The notes under the pieces were generated by a model that was not told the DNA's origin, ran no database searches, and saw nothing but the letters and a program-made list of their open reading frames with translations. Below are positions 30,329 to 40,184 of a DNA stretch of 64,000 nucleotides, in pieces (position 1 is the stretch's first letter; every line of letters begins with the position of its first letter). Origin of the DNA: a virus. The stretch lies in UHGV virus genome UHGV-1367859; one strand, 5' to 3'. The position numbers and the translations under genes were made by a program.

Positions 30329-30992
30329 CCATTGCTCTTACAACAAGACCCAAATCATTGGGGATGAAGTCCTGTTCAAACATATCAGCAGGAGACTTGG
30401 CAGGAATTTCAACTCCACCTTCCATACATCTGTGTGTATAGAATCCATAACTTGCCTCTCCCTTATCATTATACTTGACAGAAGAGAATAAAGTCATAGG
30501 AACCACCTCAGCAGGATTATAACTGTTATCAATGAGCTTACCCACTGTAGAAGTCTTGTACCCGACAATAGTATTGTCCGAGAAGATTTCCTCACAGTGC
30601 ATGATGATAAACACATTAAGGTTATCCCTGAGGTTCTCAGCAGTGCTGACAATGCTCTGGAAATGTGCTGCCATGTCTACAAACTTATTGAAGCCTGAGA
30701 TTTTGGCAGTCTTGAAATACTCTTTCCTCATGATGTAGGTAGCATCCTCAATAACTATGTTCCTTACATGAGGAGCAGACTTGTCAACTCCCTGCATGTA
30801 ATTTACAATAGTAGCATAGTCATCTACATTAAAGAGGTTCTTGTTCTCTTCATTGTACAAAGACTTACTTCCTTTGAAAGGAAGCCTTTTCTTCAATACA
30901 TTGAAGATAACTGTTTCCTTAGGGTCAAGACCTCTGATACTTGAAGATTTACCAGTGCCAGTCTTGCCCAAAATGAGACAAATGTTAGCCAT
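30312..30992 (-). CDS. P-loop ATPase (Sak4/RecA-like phage recombination ATPase family, putative)
   Basis: Walker A LILGKTGTGKSS at N-terminus. Walker B-like VFIIMHCEE. Confidence 0.55.
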   Translation of the reverse strand: MANICLILGKTGTGKSSSIRGLDPKETVIFNVLKKRLPFKGSKSLYNEENKNLFNVDDYATIVNYMQGVDKSAPHVRNIVIEDATYIMRKEYFKTAKISGFNKFVDMAAHFQSIVSTAENLRDNLNVFIIMHCEEIFSDNTIVGYKTSTVGKLIDNSYNPAEVVPMTLFSSVKYNDKGEASYGFYTHRCMEGGVEIPAKSPADMFEQDFIPNDLGLVVRAMDEYYN

Positions 30993-32166
30993 TCTTGTTA
31001 AATAATGATTTTATTGATTTCATGAAGAAGGAAATACCCTTCTTCTTTGGTTGTTTCAGTGTCTGAATGTAAGCATAAACTTTTTCAAGTCCCTCCTTAT
31101 CATCAGCTCTTGGAAGCTCTGCAAAAGTACTTGCTGCACCATCAAAGAACAAAGGACATATGTTGTTGCTTGCACCATAATCTCTATCCTCAATAACTTC
31201 CATGAACCTGATGAAGTTTCCAAACTTTGTTATGTCATAACCTTCATATTCTCTCAGTCCATATTTATAAGGACTGTAAAGACCAAGGACAAAGTTGGCA
31301 TCTCTTGTTGTAGTCTTACAGTCTGCAAGACCATCAGAAGATGGTTTAATCTTGTTAAGTTTCTGATTTTCAACACCTTCCTGTGCTTGTGCTTGATGCT
31401 GTATGAGAACAAAGATATACTTGAGCTGATTTCTCAAGGTTATACCATACTTAGCAAGTTTATCAATGTTCTCCATCTTCTTCATTCCACTTTCAAGTGC
31501 AAGGTTTGAAGCATTGTCAACTATGACAATCCTATATTCCTCAGGGTCATCTGGGGTATAGGGATTGTCAGAGTCAACCACTCTCCTCTTGGTGACTTTT
31601 GTATCATCAAGAGGGTCAACAACATCAACCTCCTTGAAATTGAGATGTCCATGAGATAAAGCATAATCTCTGCATCTTTTATTGATACCAGTAGGATTCT
31701 TATCTTCATCAATGAACTCAACCATTTCATCAAACTTTTCAATGTATGGTCTATATCTCTCAGATTCAAGCAATTCAAGAATCTTTTCATCAACAGGTCT
31801 TTCTTGGTCAGTACTTCTCAAATCAGTAGGAGATATTCTTATACCATCAAGCCTGTATAACAAGTGGCAATAGAACTCATCTCTCTTTGCAGAGGGACTC
31901 ATCTCCAAAGTGAAATAAAGAATCTTTACCTTGAGTTCAGGGTGTTCCATAGAAAAGAACAGAGGTTCATATACCAATATATAATCAGTAAACTTGCTCT
32001 TGCCAATCTTCTGATTGGCAGTCACAACCAGGAACTTCTCTTGCTCCAATCCAGGAAACAGCCTTCTAAACCTTGGGAAAGGAAATGGGATGCAATTATA
32101 CTTCCCATCAAGAACTCTTTGTCTCCTGTTTCGGAGTCTTTGAATGTCATTTCTTAACTTTCCCAT
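30985..32166 (-). CDS. DnaB-like replicative helicase (RecA-fold C-terminal domain)
   Basis: Walker A-like TANQKIGKS, Walker B IVIVDN, followed by LIQHQAQAQEG region. Confidence 0.6.
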   Translation of the reverse strand: MGKLRNDIQRLRNRRQRVLDGKYNCIPFPFPRFRRLFPGLEQEKFLVVTANQKIGKSKFTDYILVYEPLFFSMEHPELKVKILYFTLEMSPSAKRDEFYCHLLYRLDGIRISPTDLRSTDQERPVDEKILELLESERYRPYIEKFDEMVEFIDEDKNPTGINKRCRDYALSHGHLNFKEVDVVDPLDDTKVTKRRVVDSDNPYTPDDPEEYRIVIVDNASNLALESGMKKMENIDKLAKYGITLRNQLKYIFVLIQHQAQAQEGVENQKLNKIKPSSDGLADCKTTTRDANFVLGLYSPYKYGLREYEGYDITKFGNFIRFMEVIEDRDYGASNNICPLFFDGAASTFAELPRADDKEGLEKVYAYIQTLKQPKKKGISFFMKSIKSLFNKNG

Positions 32167-32168
32167 AG

Positions 32169-32765
32169 TCAGATAGTTGTTGATGTCCAGTCATCTTTGA
32201 GAACCTCTTCCTTTCCTGCATTCTCCAGATAGTTAAGCAAGTCTGAGGTATATTCTCTTTCACCTGCTATGTCTCTATCTTTGAAAATGAAGTACTTAAG
32301 AGTTCTCATGAATTGATAGTTCCCATTGAAGCTCTCAACATACTTCTTTGCAGCATTTACAATTTGCTCATCAGTATAGCCTGTGCCATATTTCTTAAAG
32401 AATGCTTTTAGCCTTTTCGCAATAAGAGCCTTACCCTCAGCCCAGTAGTTTGATGTACCATCCTTTCTCCCAGCAGGGAATACTTCTTTGAGTTTCTCTG
32501 CCAAAGAGAGAATGTCAGCATCACTTTTTTCACTACTTTCAGAGTCAAGTACAACAGAATCAAGTAGCTCTTGCCCTTTCCTCGTCACTCTCCATCCATT
32601 TTGTTGAAACAGGCTATCCCTTTCAGCAGTGATATAACCTTTCTGTATAAGGAGGTCTTGAGCTTTTTTAAGTTCAATTTTATTTTGATGCGCTAGCAGC
32701 ATAAGCACTTCCCCTAGAGACACTTGGTTACTGAAACAACCTTCCTTACTTAAAACTATCCTCAT
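32169..32765 (-). CDS. hypothetical protein
   Basis: ORF track. Confidence 0.45.
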   Translation of the reverse strand: MRIVLSKEGCFSNQVSLGEVLMLLAHQNKIELKKAQDLLIQKGYITAERDSLFQQNGWRVTRKGQELLDSVVLDSESSEKSDADILSLAEKLKEVFPAGRKDGTSNYWAEGKALIAKRLKAFFKKYGTGYTDEQIVNAAKKYVESFNGNYQFMRTLKYFIFKDRDIAGEREYTSDLLNYLENAGKEEVLKDDWTSTTI

Positions 32766-33937
32766 AATTGTATTTCTTCAACAAAGTTAACAGTCTTGAC
32801 AAGGTCTGGGTTATAGTCTTCAAGCATCTTCTCAACAAGTTCTTCTTCCCTCGTTCCTTTATAATAAGGAATGATAATGATAGGATGAGAGTGTCTTAAC
32901 AATCTACCAGCTCTTTGTTTAATAATAGTTTCAGAGCTATTCAGGTTTGCATAGATACCAACTCTGCAATCAATAAGATTCATACCCTCATTAAGCATAT
33001 TACAGGCTGTGATATGATGAACTATTCCTTTGTTAAACAGTTCAAGAGCATCACTTGACTTTGAGTTCTGACTGTTGATGCAATATTCACCAAGTCTCTT
33101 TGTCTGTTCTATACTATTGCAGAATGTTAGTGTCCTTTGATAGCCACAATGCTGGAGTATTCTAAGTACAGTAGGTACTTTGCAGTCACTAAGGTACTTG
33201 AGCCTGTCTCCACAAAGTTTGAGCCACCTATTCTTACAGACAATATTTCCTCTCCTGTTCTTGAACCATTCTATCTGACCATTAAGGTCATCAAGGTACT
33301 GTACTTGAGTACAGAAAATGTGGACAGGATTGCTTTTCTGCCTTATATAAGACCATCTCTCAGCCCAAGAACTATAAATAACCCTACCTTTTGCTTTAGG
33401 GTTCTTTATAATTCTCTCATTGGGAAGTCTATTATCAAGAGAGAGAGGAAGTAGGTAGACTGTTGGGTCAGGAAGTACACCATTATCAATAGCTTCCCTT
33501 AGGGCAGTATTGTAATAGTAGAGGTCATCAAAGACCTCTTTAAGTTCTTCCCTCAAATCCTTCTTTACTGTAGCTGAAAGTAGCACAGTATAGTCTGTTG
33601 TAAAGTCACATAGTGCCTCTCTACACCTCTCTGAAAGGTGATGAGCTTCATCAAAGATGATAAAGTCCCAACTACCTTTGTGCTTGGGGAAAGATACATA
33701 TGTTGTGAAAGTAATATTGAGCTTACAATCAGCCCACCACTTTGCAAATTCTGCTGTCCAGCTTACCTTAAGAACATTCCTTGGTATTACTATAAGCAGG
33801 TTCTTATGCTTCCTCTTTGCAAAATGTTTTATCCTCTCTATAGCATTTCTGCTCTTTCCAAACCCAGTTGGTAAGGTCAGCAAGACATTCCTGTTGGGGA
33901 TAGTCTTTACCTCCTCCAAGACTTCTTCTCTTGTCAT
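32762..33937 (-). CDS. SF2 DEAH-box helicase
   Basis: Motif I LPTGFGKS, motif II IIFDEAHHL, motif III LSAT, motif VI QRAGRLLR. Confidence 0.8.
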   Translation of the reverse strand: MTREEVLEEVKTIPNRNVLLTLPTGFGKSRNAIERIKHFAKRKHKNLLIVIPRNVLKVSWTAEFAKWWADCKLNITFTTYVSFPKHKGSWDFIIFDEAHHLSERCREALCDFTTDYTVLLSATVKKDLREELKEVFDDLYYYNTALREAIDNGVLPDPTVYLLPLSLDNRLPNERIIKNPKAKGRVIYSSWAERWSYIRQKSNPVHIFCTQVQYLDDLNGQIEWFKNRRGNIVCKNRWLKLCGDRLKYLSDCKVPTVLRILQHCGYQRTLTFCNSIEQTKRLGEYCINSQNSKSSDALELFNKGIVHHITACNMLNEGMNLIDCRVGIYANLNSSETIIKQRAGRLLRHSHPIIIIPYYKGTREEELVEKMLEDYNPDLVKTVNFVEEIQL

Positions 33938-34418
33938 TACTGTTAACTATCTGTTTAAGTTTGTGAATGTACTTGGGGTCTTTTGCATACCCCATTTTCC
34001 GAAGGAAACTATAGTAGTCCTCCGGAGGTTTGTATCTCTTTTGTATCCACTCCTTGTATGCTATAACACTCTCTGTCCAGTGGTTGAATCTACAATATCT
34101 CTTAGCTTTGTTGTTATATAAGCCAAATAAATTATTATGTCTCAAGCATCCTACTGACTTAAAGTGACCTGTTTCAAGCAATGCTTGAGCATATACTATA
34201 TTAGGATGCTGAATATCATAATACTTGAGGGCATCTTTCAGTCCCTCTTTTGCAGATTTGTTCATGAACACTGGAACTGATGCTACAGTATCAGGAGGGG
34301 TAACATTATGATTAGGAGTAGTGGCTTTTCCTTCAAGTTGATATATGAAGAAAATACCAGCCAAGCATGTCCCTATCATCAATGCTACTTTGATGAAGTT
34401 TTTGATTCTATCTTTCAT
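33804..34418 (-). CDS. membrane-anchored glucosaminidase-domain peptidoglycan hydrolase (endolysin-like)
   Basis: N-terminal TM (MIGTCLAGIFFIY). AQALLETGHFKS...NNLFGL matches the FlgJ/mannosyl-glycoprotein endo-beta-N-acetylglucosaminidase domain. Confidence 0.65.
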   Translation of the reverse strand: MKDRIKNFIKVALMIGTCLAGIFFIYQLEGKATTPNHNVTPPDTVASVPVFMNKSAKEGLKDALKYYDIQHPNIVYAQALLETGHFKSVGCLRHNNLFGLYNNKAKRYCRFNHWTESVIAYKEWIQKRYKPPEDYYSFLRKMGYAKDPKYIHKLKQIVNSNDKRRSLGGGKDYPQQECLADLTNWVWKEQKCYREDKTFCKEEA

Positions 34419-34930
34419 CTTAGTTGTTTGATGTTTGATTCAACACTGTCATTGTAGTAGACATGGCCTGGTACATAGATGAGGTTCTCTGTAATCCTCT
34501 TACCTATTTCCTCAACAGCCCATTTTCTGTTCATAGGGCCACAGTGGTGTTCAACACTCTGTTTATCAAGGAAGTCAAAGTAGTAGCCTTCCTTGCTTTG
34601 ACATACATCCATATGTGTAACAACTAAGTTTGTAGAGATGTTGAACCTCTTCACATAGTTGTCTATATGGTGTCTGTCATAAGCTCTGTTAAGAAGGTCT
34701 ATCTCCAATATGCCTGTCTTGAAGTCTCCTTGGAACTCATTGGTCACATTGGATTCATACTTGTCTTCCATAGAATACCTTATAGGACTTCTTGGAATGT
34801 AACCATTACCATGCCTGGTAGTATAAGTTCTAGTGACTAGGTACAACTCTGCATCTTGAAGGATATTCTCTTGAATGCCATTAAGACCTACTTTTGAGGG
34901 AGTAACATTAGGATAGAATCCATTGTCCAT
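34415..34930 (-). CDS. hypothetical protein, partner of the vWA protein
   Basis: ORF track (start likely MDNGFYP). 22-nt overlap with the upstream vWA gene. Confidence 0.4.
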   Translation of the reverse strand: MDNGFYPNVTPSKVGLNGIQENILQDAELYLVTRTYTTRHGNGYIPRSPIRYSMEDKYESNVTNEFQGDFKTGILEIDLLNRAYDRHHIDNYVKRFNISTNLVVTHMDVCQSKEGYYFDFLDKQSVEHHCGPMNRKWAVEEIGKRITENLIYVPGHVYYNDSVESNIKQLR

Positions 34931-35597
34931 TGTAGTCCATGAGATTGATATGATATACATCCCATGACTCCTGTACCCTATTGAGTAGCTGAGAAGCAGT
35001 CATAGAGTCCACCTCACTTGAGGTACCAAATAGAGTGTTGAACTCTGACTTGGTTATACTTCTGTGAACAGGCTCATCACCAATGGTGATAAGTACACCC
35101 TTCTTACCTCTCTTTTCAATGTGGTCTGCACTAACATGGTTAGCAGCAAACCACCAGGCAAGATTATAAGACTCTCCACCATTACCACCACCATGTCCTT
35201 CGAGCCATATGGTCTTGAGCCACCTGTCAAGAAGCTCATCTGAAGACTCAAACTGGCCTACTTGAATAGGTGCAAGGTCACTATATTGGTCTCCTATTCC
35301 TAAGAAACATACTTGTGGATGTGCAATCCCCTCATCCATGATTTTCTTCATGATTTCAGGGAAGTCACTTGTGATGAGTTTGTGAGGAATCATGCCCATA
35401 GAACCAGTGACATCAAGTGCAATGATAATGGGAAGAGTCTCAGGATGTTCCTCACTATCCTTACACTCTCTTACCTTGTTCTTTATGTCCATGTCAGGAC
35501 TCATGCTCCTCTGCTGGAACACCTCTTCTCTTGACATATGAGAGTTGCTTAGTTTCCTAGCATTATCTCTTATGTATGAATAACATCCACCTCCCAT
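34908..35597 (-). CDS. von Willebrand factor A (vWA) domain protein
   Basis: MIDAS-like IIIALDVTGSMG (DxTGS). Confidence 0.55.
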   Translation of the reverse strand: MGGGCYSYIRDNARKLSNSHMSREEVFQQRSMSPDMDIKNKVRECKDSEEHPETLPIIIALDVTGSMGMIPHKLITSDFPEIMKKIMDEGIAHPQVCFLGIGDQYSDLAPIQVGQFESSDELLDRWLKTIWLEGHGGGNGGESYNLAWWFAANHVSADHIEKRGKKGVLITIGDEPVHRSITKSEFNTLFGTSSEVDSMTASQLLNRVQESWDVYHINLMDYNGQWILS

Positions 35598-36001
35598 TAC
35601 TCTTCAACTTTGAATTGATAGTTAGGAAGGACTTTGAGGATGGCACTCTTATCAGTGATAGGACCAAAGAGATATTCATACCTCTCAATTACAATCTCAA
35701 GCTTGATAATAGCATCCCTCTTGTTGAGACCTATCTCTACATCCTTTGCAAGGAAGTCAGCAGGTTTGAAGTCAGAGGGTACTACATTGCCATTGAAGGC
35801 ACTTGAGGGACTGAGGTCAAGGATGAGGTTTTCCCTATCCCTGTCATAGTTCCTTATCTGATGACACAGGTCTTCAATCTGTCTCTTGTAGATAATCTCT
35901 ACATCTTCTGCTACACTCTCAGCTCTTGACTCTTTGAGCTGCTTGAATGTTCTCATGAGGTCTGTCTTGAAGACACCATGTTTGTTTTCCATTTCTGCCA
36001 T
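35597..36001 (-). CDS. hypothetical protein
   Basis: ORF track. Confidence 0.45.
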   Translation of the reverse strand: MAEMENKHGVFKTDLMRTFKQLKESRAESVAEDVEIIYKRQIEDLCHQIRNYDRDRENLILDLSPSSAFNGNVVPSDFKPADFLAKDVEIGLNKRDAIIKLEIVIERYEYLFGPITDKSAILKVLPNYQFKVEE

Positions 36002-36003
36002 AG

Positions 36004-36345
36004 TTATATTTCTTTGTTTAGAATGTTTATAAGTTTCTTCATTAGCTTACTATGTAACCTCCAGTAGGTGTTATCACCACAGTCATTGTCAGTATCTCTT
36101 CCTGCCTTAAGTCCCCATACTATCCAAAAGATGGGGAAAGTTATAAGACTGACCCATCCTATATTACCAAGAGCTAAGAGGATAACCCACCAAAGTCTTA
36201 CTTTGACAGGTTTCTCCTCTTTACTTCTTTCCCATCTCTTACAACCCCAACCATCTTCTACTTTTTCAAGCCAAAAATAAGTGGTGTTCTTGAGGATGGT
36301 AAGCTCTATGATAAATAGTATAATACCTATTACTATCCAGGTCAT
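36004..36345 (-). CDS. small membrane protein (2-3 TM), holin-like candidate
   Basis: Hydrophobic helices (WIVIGIILFIIELTIL; LWWVILLALGNIGWVSLITFPIFWIVW). Confidence 0.4.
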   Translation of the reverse strand: MTWIVIGIILFIIELTILKNTTYFWLEKVEDGWGCKRWERSKEEKPVKVRLWWVILLALGNIGWVSLITFPIFWIVWGLKAGRDTDNDCGDNTYWRLHSKLMKKLINILNKEI

Positions 36346-37133
36346 TTTGTAATATCCTTAAATAGTGTAGGTACCTGACCATACTGAGGGAGTTTTCCAT
36401 CCCACTTCTCAATCCACATCTTCTCAAGAATCTGAGGAGTGAGAGCCTGCTGTTTCAGCCTATTGGCTTCAGCTTCTGCCTGTGCAGCCACAAGTAAGCT
36501 CTTTGCATTTGCCTCAGCTACAGCTACTTCATTCTGAGCTTTCTGAGCCTCTTGAATTGCCTTATTCTTAGCATTTACAGCCTCTACAATAACAGCAGGG
36601 TACTTGAGACCTGAGGTAAGCTGTTCAAGCTGAAAATTCTCTCTGAGCAAGTCAGCAGCAAGATACCTTTCAATGGCTGATTCAATGGAATCCCTGTTAC
36701 TTACAATGTAGTCAGTAGTGAAGTTGTTGAGCTGGATTCTGAAGGCATTCTTTACATAGTTGTAGAGAGTTCCATTGATTACATCCTTCAGTTCTTTCCT
36801 GTACTTCTTAAATACAAGAGGGGACTTACCATCTACAATCTTAAGAGAGATAGTAGGGTCAACTGTGAACTCTGAACCATCCTTTGCATTGATAGTGAAA
36901 GGCTCATAGTCTACTGTCTGCACAAAGGTAGGATACTCATACACACTCTGTGTGAAAGGATTATACCATACCATGCCAGTACACATAGATACATCACCTA
37001 CACCCTTGTCACCACCATAGAGGTTTACAAGGATACCTTCATGTCCTGCATCTACTTTTTCACAGGAACTCATGCCAACCATAGCCATTACAGCTACAAG
37101 CAGCATCAGAATTTTACTTTTCATTGCTTTCAT
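36342..37133 (-). CDS. lipoprotein with SPFH/band-7 (prohibitin-like) domain
   Basis: Lipobox LVAVMAMVGMSSC. C-terminal AEAEANRLKQQALTPQILEKMWIEKW region typical of SPFH proteins. Confidence 0.45.
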   Translation of the reverse strand: MKAMKSKILMLLVAVMAMVGMSSCEKVDAGHEGILVNLYGGDKGVGDVSMCTGMVWYNPFTQSVYEYPTFVQTVDYEPFTINAKDGSEFTVDPTISLKIVDGKSPLVFKKYRKELKDVINGTLYNYVKNAFRIQLNNFTTDYIVSNRDSIESAIERYLAADLLRENFQLEQLTSGLKYPAVIVEAVNAKNKAIQEAQKAQNEVAVAEANAKSLLVAAQAEAEANRLKQQALTPQILEKMWIEKWDGKLPQYGQVPTLFKDITK

Positions 37134-37320
37134 TTTGCTTTTTGTTTATTTTAATTGATGTGAAACACTTAGTCTGTATAGACAATACTATGAATAGTAC
37201 TCCTACAATAAAGCCAATTACATTGACTATATTGCTAGAGTATGTGAGCATATAGCCCACTTCTGTCAGTGCAATCATAAGCACTACTACCCAAATTGAT
37301 AATGCTATGAAATTCTTCAT
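37114..37320 (-). CDS. small 2-TM membrane protein (holin-like)
   Basis: 68 aa, two hydrophobic helices, charged C-terminus. Confidence 0.4.
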   Translation of the reverse strand: MKNFIALSIWVVVLMIALTEVGYMLTYSSNIVNVIGFIVGVLFIVLSIQTKCFTSIKINKKQNESNEK

Positions 37321-37811
37321 TTTATTATTAAGTTATAGTATCCTTCAGTATGAGTATTATAGTTATATATGAAGTGCCAAGAACCAAAGTGAATTTTTTC
37401 TCTGTAGTGAAGTTTTTCATCTATGACTTTGCTCATACATATCATACTACCATACCCAACTATGTTCGCTTCTTTGGAAGCAAGGTAGAAAGGAAGAGGG
37501 GATATGAATACACTTTTAAGTTTTACTTGGGTGTAGCCTTCTCTAACATAGAATCTTCCAAGGAATACAGGTTGTCTCCAGTTAGATGCCTTCTTACACA
37601 GCTTGATTATCTCGCTCTGTGAGGGCATATTTTTCTCATTGGTAACTCTATAAAGTGGATTTAGAGTAGGCTGTATATACCTTCTTCTCTTCTTATAGTT
37701 AAGGATTCCATTTGTAATATAGAACCCACCCCCACCTTGAGATGTTTTCTTTCTTTTGTATACTCCTATAAAACTCTCTTTTAAGGTTATACCTACGCAC
37801 AGATTTACCAC
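37317..37811 (-). CDS. hypothetical protein
   Basis: ORF track. Confidence 0.4.
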   Translation of the reverse strand: MVNLCVGITLKESFIGVYKRKKTSQGGGGFYITNGILNYKKRRRYIQPTLNPLYRVTNEKNMPSQSEIIKLCKKASNWRQPVFLGRFYVREGYTQVKLKSVFISPLPFYLASKEANIVGYGSMICMSKVIDEKLHYREKIHFGSWHFIYNYNTHTEGYYNLIIK

Positions 37812-38040
37812 ACCTCTTTAAGAACTCAGAGTAAACCTTGTCTATTGGCTTGCCTACATTTGCTAGTAGGAATTTCTCTAAGTATTCAGCGACATGTACA
37901 ATTCCTATCCCTCCATATAACCCTCTCATACGCATGTGAGAACCCTCGAAATTCTTGAACTTCTTTGTTCCTCTTACGAACTTAGGAAATCCTCTACTTC
38001 TCTTGCCATTTCCACACCTTCTAACTTTGAATGTTATCAT
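37699..38040 (-). CDS. hypothetical basic protein
   Basis: ORF track. Overlaps 37317..37811 in another frame, so one of the two may be shorter. Confidence 0.3.
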   Translation of the reverse strand: MITFKVRRCGNGKRSRGFPKFVRGTKKFKNFEGSHMRMRGLYGGIGIVHVAEYLEKFLLANVGKPIDKVYSEFLKRCGKSVRRYNLKREFYRSIQKKENISRWGWVLYYKWNP

Positions 38041-38264
38041 ATCTCAAACAGGTATTTATATACTCTTCCTTTGTAACATGGACCATCCCAAGCATTGTAC
38101 CACAGATAGACCCTATAGTGGGAGATAAGCACTACCACTTCAATCTTTGGTTCATAATGTCTGAACATGGGCCATATAGTACAAAAGAGAAGTACTGTAA
38201 TTAGTATCATTATATCCATGTTGTTGAACTTTGCAAAAAAAAAGAGGTAAGGGAGTGAATACAC
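38037..38264 (-). CDS. small membrane protein
   Basis: ORF track. Hydrophobic. Confidence 0.3.
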   Translation of the reverse strand: MYSLPYLFFFAKFNNMDIMILITVLLFCTIWPMFRHYEPKIEVVVLISHYRVYLWYNAWDGPCYKGRVYKYLFEI

Positions 38265-38307
38265 TCTCTCACCTCTTCTTGTACTTAAAGTACTTTTTTT
38301 TTGCTAC

Positions 38308-38694
38308 TCAGTCATCCAAGACCTCATAGCTGAAGGAAGTTGCACCGAAGTTCTCTGCTATGAGACTGAGGTGATATTCAAGTCTTTGAGCAGTTGTCAT
38401 ATTCCCCCATACTTTGAGCATTCTTGCTGAGGGGATTTCCCTTCCATCAGTCATGTAGCTATATGCCTCCTTGCTGATGGAGATGCACTGCTTTGCGGGC
38501 TTTGACTTCCTTGTATTGATGTGAAGGGTTTCTTTTTCTGTTACCAGTTTCTTTCCCTTCTTTACCTGATGTTCCACTACTATTGTAGTGTGGTCAAAGG
38601 CATCTTTTTTTTTGGACATTTTTTCGCAGTCCTGCGAGCTTAGCATGGTAGCACCTGGTACTTCCATGCTAAGTCTTACTTTGATTTCACTCAT
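38308..38694 (-). CDS. hypothetical protein
   Basis: ORF track. Confidence 0.45.
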   Translation of the reverse strand: MSEIKVRLSMEVPGATMLSSQDCEKMSKKKDAFDHTTIVVEHQVKKGKKLVTEKETLHINTRKSKPAKQCISISKEAYSYMTDGREIPSARMLKVWGNMTTAQRLEYHLSLIAENFGATSFSYEVLDD

Positions 38695-38870
38695 TCTTCT
38701 GAGGTTGTATCTTCTTTGTCTTTCTCGGCTTCCAGCTTAGCTTTCAACTCTTTCAGAGCTGTCATTCTGAGCAAAGTGTTCTTGTGTAAAGTTTATTTTT
38801 GCCATTGTTTACTTTATTAGCCAGTTGAAGTATAATTTGTCAAGCCATACTCTAAGTAGGATTGAGAGAA

Positions 38871-39251
38871 TTATGACAATGACTGCAACAAATGCAGCTT
38901 GTTAGGAAGATAGAACCTTACCCAGCTATAGTAGATGTCTCCCTTGGTGAGTTTAGGCTCCCAACCTCCATTAAGAGCCTTGCGGATGATGTCCAGTTTG
39001 TAGATGGCTATAAGGTGCTTGCCAAGTCCACACTCTGCCTCTTCTATTCTCTCTATGTCATAGTTTACATTGCCTTCACTAAGACCAAGAGCCTTGCAAG
39101 CATCCTCAAAGGTCTTGATGTCAGTGTAGTGTACTTCCTTGAGTTCATTCTCTGTGAAGGCTTGCAATGCTACCTCTCTGAGAGCATCATTGCCACTGTT
39201 ATAGAACTCTTTAGCCTTGTCAAGAGTCAGTGTTACATTTCTTGTTTCCAT
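38871..39251 (-). CDS. hypothetical protein
   Basis: ORF track. Confidence 0.45.
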   Translation of the reverse strand: METRNVTLTLDKAKEFYNSGNDALREVALQAFTENELKEVHYTDIKTFEDACKALGLSEGNVNYDIERIEEAECGLGKHLIAIYKLDIIRKALNGGWEPKLTKGDIYYSWVRFYLPNKLHLLQSLS

Positions 39252-39260
39252 TGTTTCTAT

Positions 39261-39581
39261 TTAGAATCTGAGTAATCTTTTAATTCTGTTCCATAAACCA
39301 TTTGTGTTGTGATTAGGAGTGATATGCACTCCTTCTCTGTTGATGGTCCTGTTTCTCATGTTGCTCTCTGTACCTACCATGGTAAAGAGGCACCCTACAT
39401 ACTTGCTATGGTTGGGATTAGATAGTATATTATACCATCTCCATGAAATACTTGATACAGCTCTGTTGAGCTGCTGTGAAACTTCCCTGAAAGCTTGAGC
39501 TTTGTTGTGAGGATTTGCTTTTACAGCTTGGACTAAGACTTGGTCTTCCTCAGCAGTCCATCTTTTTTTTTGTTCTACCAT
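39261..39581 (-). CDS. hypothetical protein, possible SANT/Myb-like DNA-binding fold
   Basis: KRWTAEEDQVLVQAV...ISWRWYNIL has Trp spacing reminiscent of Myb repeats. Confidence 0.3.
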   Translation of the reverse strand: MVEQKKRWTAEEDQVLVQAVKANPHNKAQAFREVSQQLNRAVSSISWRWYNILSNPNHSKYVGCLFTMVGTESNMRNRTINREGVHITPNHNTNGLWNRIKRLLRF

Positions 39582-39603
39582 TTTGTTTACTTGTAATTTG
39601 TTC

Positions 39604-39650
39604 AGTTGTGGAGCATGAGGGAGTCGAACCCTCGTCTTACAAACTTCACA
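39604..39650 (-). pseudogene. tRNA 3'-half fragment (T-arm plus acceptor 3' strand) with no matching 5' half
   Basis: Minus strand reads ...AAGACGAGGGTTCGACTCCCTCATGCTCCA. Required 5' acceptor strand GGAGCAT is absent nearby. Confidence 0.35.
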
Positions 39651-40184
39651 TAAGAGAATTGTACATGCTTTTCAATTTGGAGTGTTTTCTTCACAGGGTT
39701 GACTAGTTGTCTTTCCACCACTCTGTTTTATTGTCCATAAACAGAGAAAAAGTTGGCTTACCTTCTCCGTGCATATCAGAGCTAATTAAGCACTAGGACC
39801 TCGGACTGCCAGTCTTAGTTTCCTTTCAGACTTTTGCACCTTTCTGTTTCCAAGCAAGTGCTGCTCAGAGTCAAGCTTATGCAGCCATTCTCACAGGAGT
39901 TTCATCAACTTCTGCATCTAAGTTTACTTGCTATTTATAGAGTATGCCCTCTTGCATGTTCTCTTACCTAATAATTTGCAATCAAATACCAGATATGCCC
40001 CAAATGTTGCTTCTTCAAAAAGAAAATCTTAAACAAAACTCCGAAGCAAGTTTTGTATTTAGCCTTATTCTTTACTAACCTTTTGTTTCTCTCCCTTGTA
40101 GTCTTCAATAAAGCGAACTTATCTTTTAGGAGCCTACATTAGAGTATGCAGGATACTGCCTTTTAGAGTCGAGGTCATGACTGT

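Noticed and set aside
34908-34960. Programmed frameshift fusing the vWA ORF to the downstream 181-aa ORF
   Set aside because: No obvious slippery heptamer noticed in the overlap. Treated as two genes with a short overlap.
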